A model generated the notes under the pieces. That model was not told the origin of the DNA. It saw only the letters and a program-made list of their open reading frames with translations, and made no database searches. A program made the translations under genes and the position numbers. A stretch of DNA of 64,000 nt from a virus. Lineage: Duplodnaviria > Caudoviricetes. This document shows, piece by piece, positions 1-9,802 of the stretch (position 1 is the first letter of the stretch; every line of letters starts with the position of its first letter). Where the stretch lies: positions 32,001-96,000 of the IMG/VR virus record IMGVR_UViG_3300028048_000047. One strand, written 5' to 3'.

Positions 1-668
1 AAGGTTTCATTACAGAACAAAAATTCACAGATACCGAAGTTGAAGTGACAGTAAGTGGAATGACAAAAACATTGGAAATGAAATATAAATTTGATTTCAA
101 ACAAATGTATCGGTCTGAAATAATAAATCAAGTTATATTAACTGCTGGATTAAAACCAGTATTAAATTTTGAAGGTTTAGAAGATGATATAATTGATTTC
201 AAAAATTATTCTGAATCAGATAGCAGTAGTGGAAGTACTGGTGATGTTAAAATTAAGTCAACAGGTAGTAAAGTTTTAGATGAAGTTGTTAAAAAAGCAA
301 TTGCAGGAAAAACAGATGATTTAGAAAAAGCAAAAGCAATATTTGAAGCATTTAAAGAACATTGTTATTATGAAGGTTATTCAGATTGTCAGTATCCTAA
401 TGATATTGAGAAAGCATGGAATGATGCACATATAAATTGTGCTGATGGAGCGAATGTTTTATGTGCAATGTATCTTGCCGCAGGTTTAAATTCCGTTATT
501 GTCCATGTTAATAATCATTATATTGTTAAAACTGAAATTAATGGTAAAAGTTATCTTTCAGACAGTTCAGGGGCAGAAGGAGCGCATAATACAAGACCAT
601 TTGGGGAGGTATTCACCTATGATGGTGTTACAAGTGGTTCTGTTGTGGGTACACATTTAGATTATTAA
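1..668 (+). CDS. 5'-truncated tail/baseplate-hub protein with C-terminal transglutaminase-like (pseudomurein endoisopeptidase-like) Cys-protease domain
   Basis: Frame is open from the window start (nt 3). KAKAIF..Y..Y, NCADGAN, NHY and LSDSS give a Cys-His-Asp triad typical of transglutaminase-like/Pei enzymes; tail-module context. Confidence 0.7.
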   Translation, partial: GFITEQKFTDTEVEVTVSGMTKTLEMKYKFDFKQMYRSEIINQVILTAGLKPVLNFEGLEDDIIDFKNYSESDSSSGSTGDVKIKSTGSKVLDEVVKKAIAGKTDDLEKAKAIFEAFKEHCYYEGYSDCQYPNDIEKAWNDAHINCADGANVLCAMYLAAGLNSVIVHVNNHYIVKTEINGKSYLSDSSGAEGAHNTRPFGEVFTYDGVTSGSVVGTHLDY

Positions 669-697
669 ATTTATTTAAAAAATGAGGTTTTGATAAA

Positions 698-1423
698 ATG
701 GGTGATTCCAAAAAGATTAATGCAACGAAAGGAAGATTAATGAATGGTTTTGATAAGATTACTCATAGTGCTATTCAAAATACTGTTCCTAAACAAATAG
801 AAGAGGCAATAAGTAAGGTTAGTATGAGAACTGGTGTTATAACAAAGTTTTATCCTTATCTTGATAAAGCAGAAGTACAATTTGATTCCACTAAAAAGAA
901 AGTACTTTGTAAAATTTTACATAGGTTTTGTGGAGATTTGATTGATTTTTACACACCTCTTGCAGATAAAAAAGGGTTTAATAAGAAGTTACAAGAACCT
1001 TATGTTGTTCCAAAATTTAGACAAACGGTTTGTGTTTTGAATATTCATGATTCTGATAGTCAAGAACATTTAATTTTGGGTTATTATAATAATAAAGATA
1101 TAGTTAATTTTAATCCTGCTAAACCTGGTAATCTTAAAATTATGAGTGTTTATGATGATGGTAATGAGTGTTGGCTTAAATTTGGTAAAGATGGGTTCAA
1201 TTATAGAGTAACAAAAACTCCTAATCGTTATGTTGGAGATAAACATGAAGATGATGGTGTTAAAGAGTTTGACTATCCGATGTCTACTGATGTGTATACT
1301 AAGAGTGAAGTTGATAAGTTAATTAATGAAAAAGAGATTTATACCAAAGAGGAAGTGGACACACTTTTACAAAGTTATGATGATAGAATAAAAAAATTGG
1401 AAGATATTATTAAAGATGGATAA
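698..1423 (+). CDS. Putative baseplate spike/gpV-like protein
   Basis: RTGVITKF..KAEV OB-fold-like N-terminus, V(C)VL..LILG motif; position before gp25-like and J-like genes. Confidence 0.45.
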   Translation: MGDSKKINATKGRLMNGFDKITHSAIQNTVPKQIEEAISKVSMRTGVITKFYPYLDKAEVQFDSTKKKVLCKILHRFCGDLIDFYTPLADKKGFNKKLQEPYVVPKFRQTVCVLNIHDSDSQEHLILGYYNNKDIVNFNPAKPGNLKIMSVYDDGNECWLKFGKDGFNYRVTKTPNRYVGDKHEDDGVKEFDYPMSTDVYTKSEVDKLINEKEIYTKEEVDTLLQSYDDRIKKLEDIIKDG

Positions 1424-1479
1424 AAAAAAGAATTTTTATGAATTGATTATTTTTTTATGGTTTAAGGTTGGTTTTGTTT

Positions 1480-2898
1480 ATGAGTCATGTTGTTCTTGGT
1501 TGTGATATAAATGATGGTAATGATTCTGAATGGCAGAATACTGTTGCAAGTGCATTAGAAAAAAATGGACATAAAGTTGAAAAACTACCGATACATCCTA
1601 CACCATTTGGACAATATTCATATGGTGAAGCAGGGTACAATCCAAAGGGTAAAATTGGGGTGTATATTATGGCAGACAGTTTAGTGTCTGTTGCAGACCT
1701 TGCTTATGGGGGTACTGGATTTAAATATGCTTACTTTATTATAAGAATGGATTTGGGTAGACCTAAAATGAGTCAACCTGAACACTTTAAAACAAGTCCT
1801 ATTGGTATGGACGGTGATTGTACTGGGATTTGTGAGAAATTAGTGGGTAAAACATATTCCCAAATGAATGACTTGACAAAAAGTAAATGTCAATGTACAT
1901 GGGGTAGAAATCCAAAAGAGGGTGCAAATAATCTCATTAAATTAATGGGAGGTAAAACTGATGATGATAATCTTAGTAAAAAAGTTAGTCAAGGAGGAAC
2001 TATTAAAGATGCCTTACAGAAACTTTTAACTCATTGGGATGGGCAAGTTGAGTGTTATATTCGTGGGGACGAAGTTCATGTGAATAAAATCCGTACACCT
2101 GAGAAGTATTATAGTTGTATTCTTCAAGAGGGTTATAATATTTTTGTTGAATCCGTTACTGTTACCGATGTTAATCCTAATACTCCAAATTATTTAGAGG
2201 TGGTCTGGACTGGTGGGGTTATCACTATTAAAGATGATAGTTTAATTAAACGATTTGGTGTTGTCCGTGTTAATGTTGTGGCTGCAAAAACCACAGATGA
2301 GAAAACTACTGGTGCAGGAGGAGATGATTGGGATACTACCCCTGGTAGAACTGGTAGAAGAACGATTGACCAGATTATGGATACAAGTAGTACAGACAGT
2401 ACATCTAATGAAGGAAGCAGTAGTGATGATTCCGATTCAAGTTCTGATTCAAGTTCAAGTTCGGATTCCAAAAAGAAAAAAGATGATGATGAGAATATTG
2501 TAATTGTTGATGTTATTGATAATTATGATGACGCCTATTCTTATGCTCAAATGTACTGGACTAAGTTACAGAGAGAAAATGGTAGAACATTAGAGTGTCA
2601 AGTATGGGGTTCTTGTAATTACAATAGTGGTGAGTGGGCTAAGGTATATTTACCAAGTTTTGATATTAATGGATTTATGTATATCACTAATATGTCACAA
2701 TCAAATGATGGTGGCGATTGGACTTGTACTTTGACTTTAATGGATTTTCCACCTGGTTGGGGTAAAGAAGAAAAAGAAGAAAAAGAAGAAGATGAGAAAG
2801 AAGATAAAGAAGATGATGATTCAGAGGATATTTCTTCAAGTGGCGATGATTCTGATTCAAGTACTAATTCAAGTTCAAGTTCTTCATCAACAAGTTAA
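1480..2898 (+). CDS. Tail/baseplate protein: N-terminal alpha/beta domain, hub-like C-terminal part, Ser/Asp/Glu low-complexity inserts
   Basis: Long ORF in the baseplate module; ATG 1480 preferred as start; S/D-rich and EKE tracts. Confidence 0.45.
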   Translation: MSHVVLGCDINDGNDSEWQNTVASALEKNGHKVEKLPIHPTPFGQYSYGEAGYNPKGKIGVYIMADSLVSVADLAYGGTGFKYAYFIIRMDLGRPKMSQPEHFKTSPIGMDGDCTGICEKLVGKTYSQMNDLTKSKCQCTWGRNPKEGANNLIKLMGGKTDDDNLSKKVSQGGTIKDALQKLLTHWDGQVECYIRGDEVHVNKIRTPEKYYSCILQEGYNIFVESVTVTDVNPNTPNYLEVVWTGGVITIKDDSLIKRFGVVRVNVVAAKTTDEKTTGAGGDDWDTTPGRTGRRTIDQIMDTSSTDSTSNEGSSSDDSDSSSDSSSSSDSKKKKDDDENIVIVDVIDNYDDAYSYAQMYWTKLQRENGRTLECQVWGSCNYNSGEWAKVYLPSFDINGFMYITNMSQSNDGGDWTCTLTLMDFPPGWGKEEKEEKEEDEKEDKEDDDSEDISSSGDDSDSSTNSSSSSSSTS

Positions 2899-2939
2899 AT
2901 TTTTTCATATGATTAAAAATTAAAAAGGGTTTGTTTTCA

Positions 2940-3194
2940 ATGTTTGATTTGGTTGTTTGGAGTGAGGAAGATTCAAATAATGATGTTGAATCTTTGTTTG
3001 ATGTTTTTGTTAAGTATTATGCACTTAAAGAACTTAAAATATTTTTTAAAAATAATACCGATATTTTAATTGAGAAATATAATGTTATTGGTAAAGAAAT
3101 GGATAGTGTTATTTTTAATGTTTATGAAGATGCTTCTGTTGATGTGAAGTTAGGTTCATTTGATTTTAATATGGTTAAATCTGTGTATGTTTAA
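2940..3194 (+). CDS. Hypothetical protein
   Basis: ORF in operon. Confidence 0.5.
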   Translation: MFDLVVWSEEDSNNDVESLFDVFVKYYALKELKIFFKNNTDILIEKYNVIGKEMDSVIFNVYEDASVDVKLGSFDFNMVKSVYV

Positions 3195-3229
3195 TTGAAT
3201 ATTTTTTTTATAAAGGAGTTGAGTTGGTT

Positions 3230-3709
3230 ATGGTGTTACCAGTTGATACTGAGAGTTATGCTTATTTGTTTTATAAGAATTTGAATGAAGATGTTAAATT
3301 AAAGTCTGATGCTATGGGTAGATGGGATATTGATTTTGATTTTGAGCATGATGATTGGTATAATGTTACTGGTTTTGAGAGTGTATTTAATGCTTGTGTA
3401 ATTGCTATAATGACTCGTTTTGATGAATTAGAGTTTATGGATTTGTATGATGATTTCGGTTGTCGGATTCATGAATTGATTAAAGCAAATAAAAGTAGGA
3501 ATGTTAAGTATCATATGGAGTTATTTGTTACGGAAGTATTGGAGAATATGAGAAGAATAAAAAGAGTTAATTGGGTTAATATTACGGATAATCCTAATGG
3601 TAAATTATATAGTTATGTGATTACTTTTAATGTTTCTTGTATGTTGGATGAAGATTATGAGTTAGAGGATGTGGATACTACAATTATTGAGGAGAGTTTC
3701 TTAATATGA
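3230..3709 (+). CDS. Baseplate wedge/sheath initiator (gp25/gp46-like)
   Basis: IMTRFDE...YDDFGCRIHELI motif; directly upstream of and overlapping the J-like gene; RBS GGAG. Confidence 0.7.
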   Translation: MVLPVDTESYAYLFYKNLNEDVKLKSDAMGRWDIDFDFEHDDWYNVTGFESVFNACVIAIMTRFDELEFMDLYDDFGCRIHELIKANKSRNVKYHMELFVTEVLENMRRIKRVNWVNITDNPNGKLYSYVITFNVSCMLDEDYELEDVDTTIIEESFLI

Positions 3710-5049
3710 GTTATATTTATGATGAAGAGGGTAATAAGAAGTATTATCAAGTAAATTATATTCAGAAGTATTATGAAGAATTGTTTTATGGGTTATTGGA
3801 AGAGGCTTATGATGTTAGTCTTATTAGTCATAATGAAAATTTCATTGATTATGTTAAATCAAGACAAGATATTAGTAGTTTTTATGTTATGACTTTGTCA
3901 ATTCTTGCTGATGAGATTGAAGATGTTTATTTTGATATAACTGATGTATATTACTCTGATAAAATCCAATATGCTATTGGGTCTGATTTAGATGATATTG
4001 GTTTGAGGGTTGGTTGTTTAAGACCTCGTGCTACTAAGGCAGGTGTTACTTTATCATTTAAGTTAAGTGTTCCTTTTGATGTTCCTATTGAGATTAATAC
4101 TCCTATTACTGTTTCTAATGGTAAGGGTGTTGAGTATGTTACTACTGGGACTTTGAGGTTTCCTATTGGGGAAACAGTATCTGAGGTTTTTGCTTTGTCA
4201 AGTAAAACTGGTAGAGGTTTTCGTGTTGAGGCAGATACTTTGCATATTATTGAAGAGGAAGTTGTTCTTGAAGATGGTACTATTATAGGTTTGTCAGTTA
4301 CAAATCCTAAGTCAAGTAGTGGGGGTAATGAAAAGTATAATGATGAGGAATATCGTGAATTATTACTTGATTGGGTTAAGAATAATATTAAAGGTAGTAA
4401 GGAGGCTTATGAAAGATATTTTGCTAATTTAGATGGTGTTGATTCATATAAACTCATACCTAATTGGAATGGGGTTACTGGTACTGTTAAGGTGGTTGTT
4501 GACCCTGGTGATTCTGAGCAATTGAATAATATTTATGATGATTTGAATGGTGTGGTTACTCAGTTTTCAGAAGATATAACTTTGTTCCCTCCTACTTTTG
4601 TACCGATTGATATATATGCTGTGTGTGATGTTGATATAGATGTGATTAATCCTTACAGTAGCTCTGAGAAAGAGGCGATTAAAAGTAGGATTAAGGAAGC
4701 AATTATTAAATATATTGAAGGGGATTTGTATTCTGAGAATAGGAAAGAACATCTTGGTTTAACAATTGGTGAAGATTTCATACCATATAAACTGGGTGTA
4801 TACTTATCACAAAAAATCCCTGAACTAAAAAACATTGGATTCAAATATCCTTTAAATCCAATCACAATAACTGATGAAGAAATGTGTACAAAAAATGAAA
4901 TAACAATTGAAATGAATTCTGTACCAACTTATAAAGAAATAGATTTAGATTCTGATGGTAATGCGGATATACTTGGTGTGGATTTGAATAATGATTCAAT
5001 GGCAGACCTTTATAGGAATAAGAATAATGTATCTCATGGCTTAAAATGA
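3706..5049 (+). CDS. Baseplate J/gp47-like protein
   Basis: AIGSDLDDIG..G..R..AT, V.NP..SSGG.E...DEEYR, GVDSYKLIP..G.GTVKVVV motifs. Confidence 0.85.
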   Translation: MSYIYDEEGNKKYYQVNYIQKYYEELFYGLLEEAYDVSLISHNENFIDYVKSRQDISSFYVMTLSILADEIEDVYFDITDVYYSDKIQYAIGSDLDDIGLRVGCLRPRATKAGVTLSFKLSVPFDVPIEINTPITVSNGKGVEYVTTGTLRFPIGETVSEVFALSSKTGRGFRVEADTLHIIEEEVVLEDGTIIGLSVTNPKSSSGGNEKYNDEEYRELLLDWVKNNIKGSKEAYERYFANLDGVDSYKLIPNWNGVTGTVKVVVDPGDSEQLNNIYDDLNGVVTQFSEDITLFPPTFVPIDIYAVCDVDIDVINPYSSSEKEAIKSRIKEAIIKYIEGDLYSENRKEHLGLTIGEDFIPYKLGVYLSQKIPELKNIGFKYPLNPITITDEEMCTKNEITIEMNSVPTYKEIDLDSDGNADILGVDLNNDSMADLYRNKNNVSHGLK

Positions 5050-5073
5050 TTTTTTATATTTGAGGTAAAAATT

Positions 5074-8000
5074 ATGGTTAAACACAGTTTATGGAAAATG
5101 CTTGATAAATATCCTTACTTTATGGATAAAAGAAGGATAAGTAATTTATATAAAGTTACTAAGGTAAATAATAGTGTATTTCGTGATTTATATAATAGTA
5201 TATTTCACACTTATCAAAGTTTCCATTTAGATAAAAGATTATTAACATGGAAAACACAAGACAAGCCTTATTCTTACCAAATTCATTTTTGTTGTGGTTA
5301 CCCAAATATAAAAACTGTTAAAATATATAAGAATGATATTCTCATTCATCAAGATGATTTCACAGAAGAAGAAGCAACAAAAAGAACAGAGGAAAATCAA
5401 ACATATTGTTGGGAGTATGATTGTAGTTATGTTAAAACAAATATGTTACCTATAAAAGTGTATAGATGTACTAATTGTGACACTATATACTTTGGTGATG
5501 AATTACCTTATGATTGTGTTGGAGATGGATGTAATAGTAATTCATATATAACCACAAATATTTATGAATGTGATGAATGTGGAGAGATTTATTTTGATAA
5601 CCCTGACAGTAATGGAAATGTAAATATTGATTGTAAAAATGAATGTAATTCCACTTTCACAAGACTTTATGCTTATAGATGTATGGGTTATAATGAAAGT
5701 GTTGTGGAAATTGATGAAGAAGAAATTGAAGGAATGGGTTCTAATGGAATACATCATGATTGTGGTGAACTGTATCTTGGTACTGAACCACCAGAAGTAT
5801 GTACTGTTTGTGGAGCAAGTGGTGTAAGTGAAGATACAAGTGTTTATTATAATGATGATACATTAATGATAATTGATAATAGTATGGATTTTCCTTCAAT
5901 TAAAGAAGTTGAAATGGATTCTGATATTGAAATAAATCATATTGATGATAGTGTCTTAGTTAATACTGGTAAAAAATTATTTGTACAAGTTAAAGATACA
6001 GCAGATAATTATTTGGAAGATGTTACTGTTAAATTGTATAGTAATTATGTTGAAAATGCAACAAAAGTTACGGATAGTTCAGGGTTAGTTAAGTTTGATA
6101 TTGACATTACAAAAAAATATAATAAAATAGATGTGTTTAAAAATGGTTTTGTGAACTTTCAAGGTGAACCAAACCCATCATATACTATTAATTTAGATTA
6201 CATTAATGATAATTATATTATTACAATTACTTTAATTAAAGCAAATGTTTATAATAAATTGAATACTTATGAAGATGAAGGAGAGGAATATAGTCTTCGT
6301 GTAACAAATTGGGAGGAAGGAAGAGAAAGTAATGAATCATTTAGAATTCCATTACCAGTTATTCCTGATGATAAATTTTTGTTTTATGTTGAAACTTGGG
6401 ACGAATATTGGATTACAAAAGGTTTCCCTGAGAATGATGAATATTTGAATGATTATTATGACCATGATTATAGTCTTGATGAAATTGGTGCTTTGAATAA
6501 TATTCCTCGTAAAAAATATGTTAATGTTAATGATAATAATTTATATCCTTTAACAGAACCTCCTTATAATAAAGAATTAACCGAAGATGATTATCATTAT
6601 ATGAAACGGATGATTGAATATAATATTCGTTTATGGATAGCATTACTTAAAATAGATAATAGTAATGGGGATTATGATAATTATCTTGATTTGTTAAGTA
6701 AAGTTGGTATAACTGAGGAGGATTATAATTTTTATAAAAATAATACTCGTTCTTTCCGTGAGAAATATAATCCTGTGACATTAGAATTATGGAAAAATTA
6801 TAGTATTCCTTCAAGATTAATTAATCGTGAAAGATATTTACTTAAATTGTTTGATTTAAGGGTACATAATAGTAAATATGTTCCTTATAAAGTGGATAGT
6901 GATGGGAAGCCTATTAAGAAATATCAAAAATGGGAGTTGGATAGTGATGGTAATCCTTTAAATGATAGTGTAGGTACTTATATTTATAAGGATAAATGGG
7001 ATGTTGTAACAGACCTTTCAGAATGTTGGATACCTGAAAAATGGGAACATAAAGACAAATTCTGTGATGGGAGTATGTTATACAAGACATATTTATTTGT
7101 AGAGCCTGAAACATTAAGACCATTACCTTATGAAAATGTATATTGTAAGTTTAAATTACTGAATAGTCTTGCAGAGGAAGTTGAAGAAGATTATTATGTA
7201 GTTTTACAAGTATATTATGATGATAAATCTGAAATTGAGTATGTTGATGGTGAAAAAATAAGTGATGGTTGGTGTAATTTATCCTATAAAATGTTAAGTA
7301 ATTCTAAACCAACAACTGTTGTGTTTAATGCTTATTATAGTTATGAGGATTATTTGGAAAATGGGGTTGAACCGTTTTCAAGTGTGGAGATTGTGTTTAA
7401 TCCTCGTAATTCATGTAATGCTGATTTCTATGTGGATAGTGGAAATACAAGTGGAAAAGAAGATGGTAGTAAAGAATATCCGTTTAAAACATTACAACAA
7501 GCATTAGATAAAGTTAATCCTAATTTTGATTTAATTTGTTTAAAATCTAATTTAACAATTGAAGAACCATTATTTGTACCTAACAAATGTAGAATTTTGG
7601 GTGTTCGTGAAAGAAATTCTGATACGGAGTGTGATTTGGAAAAAGGTGTTGTTAATGTTCCAGTTATAACAAATACTACAAGTAAAAAGTTTTTCAGTTT
7701 AATTGGTAGTAAAAATTGTTCATTAAAATTAATTGATTTAAGATTAAAGTATAAATTGATAAATTCATATATTGGTTTAGGAACATGGGAAAATCATAAT
7801 AAAAACCTTGATGATTATGAATATGTCATTATCAATGGTGGACTTGTTAAAATAAATGTTAGTCTAAATAAAGATGAGTACTATCCTACGGATATTATTA
7901 AAGTAAGAATAACTTTAACTGATAAAAATAATAATCATGTTACAAATCAAAAAGTGAAACTTGTATTGGAAAATGGAGAACCTATAATATTGGAAGATAC

Positions 8001-8679
8001 TGATGGTGATGGTATTTTTGAACATACTTTGAGAATTAATGGTACTGAAAGGAAGATAGTTAATTTAATGACATCATTAATCTCAGATATTTACTTTGAG
8101 TCAAGTGTTTTAACAAAAATTAACTGTACAAAAGAACCTAAAACATATGTATCTGGTGGAGAAGATGTAAATATTAATATAGAAACAGATTCAAGTAATA
8201 CTCCTATAAAAGTATATGTTGATGGGGAGTATGTTGAAGAAATATTCACAGACAATGGAGGTAAAATTAATTATATTTATACTCCTTTGGATTGGGGTAT
8301 ACATATATTATTATTTATTAAAAATGATGATGATGTTATTGAAATGGTTGTTGTTGAAACAAAAACAACAATAACAAAATTAATCGGTACAACATTCATT
8401 AAAAACTTTGATATTAATATTAATGGTGATATAACTTATGATAAATTAACGGTAACAGAAAATATGAAATTAGAAGATTTGGATGAAGTATTAATTAATT
8501 TAAGATTGGACGGTAACATTGTTAAAAGTGAGTTATTTAATGTCAATCCTTCAAGAAAAGACTCAACAGAAATTATTGCATCTGACTGTTTGATTTTGAA
8601 GAATGCAGTAACTAATTTCACTTATGAAAATAATACCAATATTAAATACACTATTTTAGGTGAGTTTTGGAGAGATTAA
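5074..8679 (+). CDS. Large baseplate wedge/tail protein with Zn-ribbon repeats, adhesin-like (YVD..DGS..PFKTL) and Ig-like domains
   Basis: Follows J-like gene; SLDEIG..N..R..TEDDYHY..R wedge-like motif; several CxxC pairs. Confidence 0.55.
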   Translation: MVKHSLWKMLDKYPYFMDKRRISNLYKVTKVNNSVFRDLYNSIFHTYQSFHLDKRLLTWKTQDKPYSYQIHFCCGYPNIKTVKIYKNDILIHQDDFTEEEATKRTEENQTYCWEYDCSYVKTNMLPIKVYRCTNCDTIYFGDELPYDCVGDGCNSNSYITTNIYECDECGEIYFDNPDSNGNVNIDCKNECNSTFTRLYAYRCMGYNESVVEIDEEEIEGMGSNGIHHDCGELYLGTEPPEVCTVCGASGVSEDTSVYYNDDTLMIIDNSMDFPSIKEVEMDSDIEINHIDDSVLVNTGKKLFVQVKDTADNYLEDVTVKLYSNYVENATKVTDSSGLVKFDIDITKKYNKIDVFKNGFVNFQGEPNPSYTINLDYINDNYIITITLIKANVYNKLNTYEDEGEEYSLRVTNWEEGRESNESFRIPLPVIPDDKFLFYVETWDEYWITKGFPENDEYLNDYYDHDYSLDEIGALNNIPRKKYVNVNDNNLYPLTEPPYNKELTEDDYHYMKRMIEYNIRLWIALLKIDNSNGDYDNYLDLLSKVGITEEDYNFYKNNTRSFREKYNPVTLELWKNYSIPSRLINRERYLLKLFDLRVHNSKYVPYKVDSDGKPIKKYQKWELDSDGNPLNDSVGTYIYKDKWDVVTDLSECWIPEKWEHKDKFCDGSMLYKTYLFVEPETLRPLPYENVYCKFKLLNSLAEEVEEDYYVVLQVYYDDKSEIEYVDGEKISDGWCNLSYKMLSNSKPTTVVFNAYYSYEDYLENGVEPFSSVEIVFNPRNSCNADFYVDSGNTSGKEDGSKEYPFKTLQQALDKVNPNFDLICLKSNLTIEEPLFVPNKCRILGVRERNSDTECDLEKGVVNVPVITNTTSKKFFSLIGSKNCSLKLIDLRLKYKLINSYIGLGTWENHNKNLDDYEYVIINGGLVKINVSLNKDEYYPTDIIKVRITLTDKNNNHVTNQKVKLVLENGEPIILEDTDGDGIFEHTLRINGTERKIVNLMTSLISDIYFESSVLTKINCTKEPKTYVSGGEDVNINIETDSSNTPIKVYVDGEYVEEIFTDNGGKINYIYTPLDWGIHILLFIKNDDDVIEMVVVETKTTITKLIGTTFIKNFDININGDITYDKLTVTENMKLEDLDEVLINLRLDGNIVKSELFNVNPSRKDSTEIIASDCLILKNAVTNFTYENNTNIKYTILGEFWRD

Positions 8680-8713
8680 AAAGAAAATAAAAATAAGTAT
8701 AATGTGATGTTTT

Positions 8714-9049
8714 ATGGTAGATGAAATTGAATATGATGAATGTGGTAATATAAAGAAGAAAGTTAAAGACTGTAAATATTTTCATCAAGACCCATATAGA
8801 ACTCCAAATAATTATGATTTATATTTTGATTATAATAGTATCCCTGCAAATATTGAATATGAAGGAAATGTTAATTTGATTAGAAGATTAAAGAAACATT
8901 TACCTTTATCCAAACTTTTGCATTTGAATATGGAAACAAAGAATGTGAATCATAATGATGAGTTCACCTTATTCACAAAAACAAAAGTTACATTCAAAAG
9001 AAAAAATAGTGATGGAAGTGTTGAAGAAGTGGTGGTGAATTTAAAATGA
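8714..9049 (+). CDS. Baseplate-associated protein
   Basis: LIRRLKKHLP resembles the C-terminus of tail protein I-like wedge proteins. Confidence 0.4.
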   Translation: MVDEIEYDECGNIKKKVKDCKYFHQDPYRTPNNYDLYFDYNSIPANIEYEGNVNLIRRLKKHLPLSKLLHLNMETKNVNHNDEFTLFTKTKVTFKRKNSDGSVEEVVVNLK

Positions 9050-9786
9050 GTTTTAATATACTTGGAGAATATTGTTTCAAAATTCCAATAACTACAATGT
9101 TCATCAATGATGTTATTGTTGTGAAACATAGAAATTTAATAACAACAATGGGGGAGTCATTTTTCCTTAATCGCTGTTTAAATGATAATTTTAATCCAAT
9201 ACAATATATATGTATTGGTAATGGGATTAATGCTCCATCAAAAAGAGATGAGAAATTAGGAAATGAAACAAAAAGAAATACTTGTACACAAAGTGTTGAT
9301 TCAGATACAACCCAAATAAAATTAACAACAAGTTTCACAGGGGAAGATTTAATTGGAGCATCAGAAATAGGTGTAATGACAACAAAATCAGATGGTACAG
9401 AAGTATTAATTAGTCATGATGTGTTTAATGATACTATTCTAAAAGAAGAGTTTATGTATGGTTTAACTGGTACTATTTCATTGGATTATTATTTCTATTT
9501 TAGCACATCACAATTAAAAACTGGTTGGGTACAATATGGTACAGATAGAAATGTTTATTGGGTTTTTGAACCGAATGAAGTTGTAAGTATATATGATAGT
9601 ACAACATCATATGGGTTGAGGAAAGTTAATAGTGTAACATCAGTTCAAGATATTAAAAACTCATATTATCATGATACAGTACATACAAATAATTTATATA
9701 TTCATTTATATCATGATTCAGAACAGGATAAAGTGATTTATGCACCTAATCCCAATAATCATGAAATTATAGTTCAAAACAAATAA
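9046..9786 (+). CDS. Tail collar/fibre-attachment protein
   Basis: NLITT.G..F...YICIG.G...P...D..L.NE..R and SEIG motifs. Confidence 0.6.
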   Translation: MSFNILGEYCFKIPITTMFINDVIVVKHRNLITTMGESFFLNRCLNDNFNPIQYICIGNGINAPSKRDEKLGNETKRNTCTQSVDSDTTQIKLTTSFTGEDLIGASEIGVMTTKSDGTEVLISHDVFNDTILKEEFMYGLTGTISLDYYFYFSTSQLKTGWVQYGTDRNVYWVFEPNEVVSIYDSTTSYGLRKVNSVTSVQDIKNSYYHDTVHTNNLYIHLYHDSEQDKVIYAPNPNNHEIIVQNK

Positions 9787-9802
9787 TTGGAGGTTTAATA
9801 TA

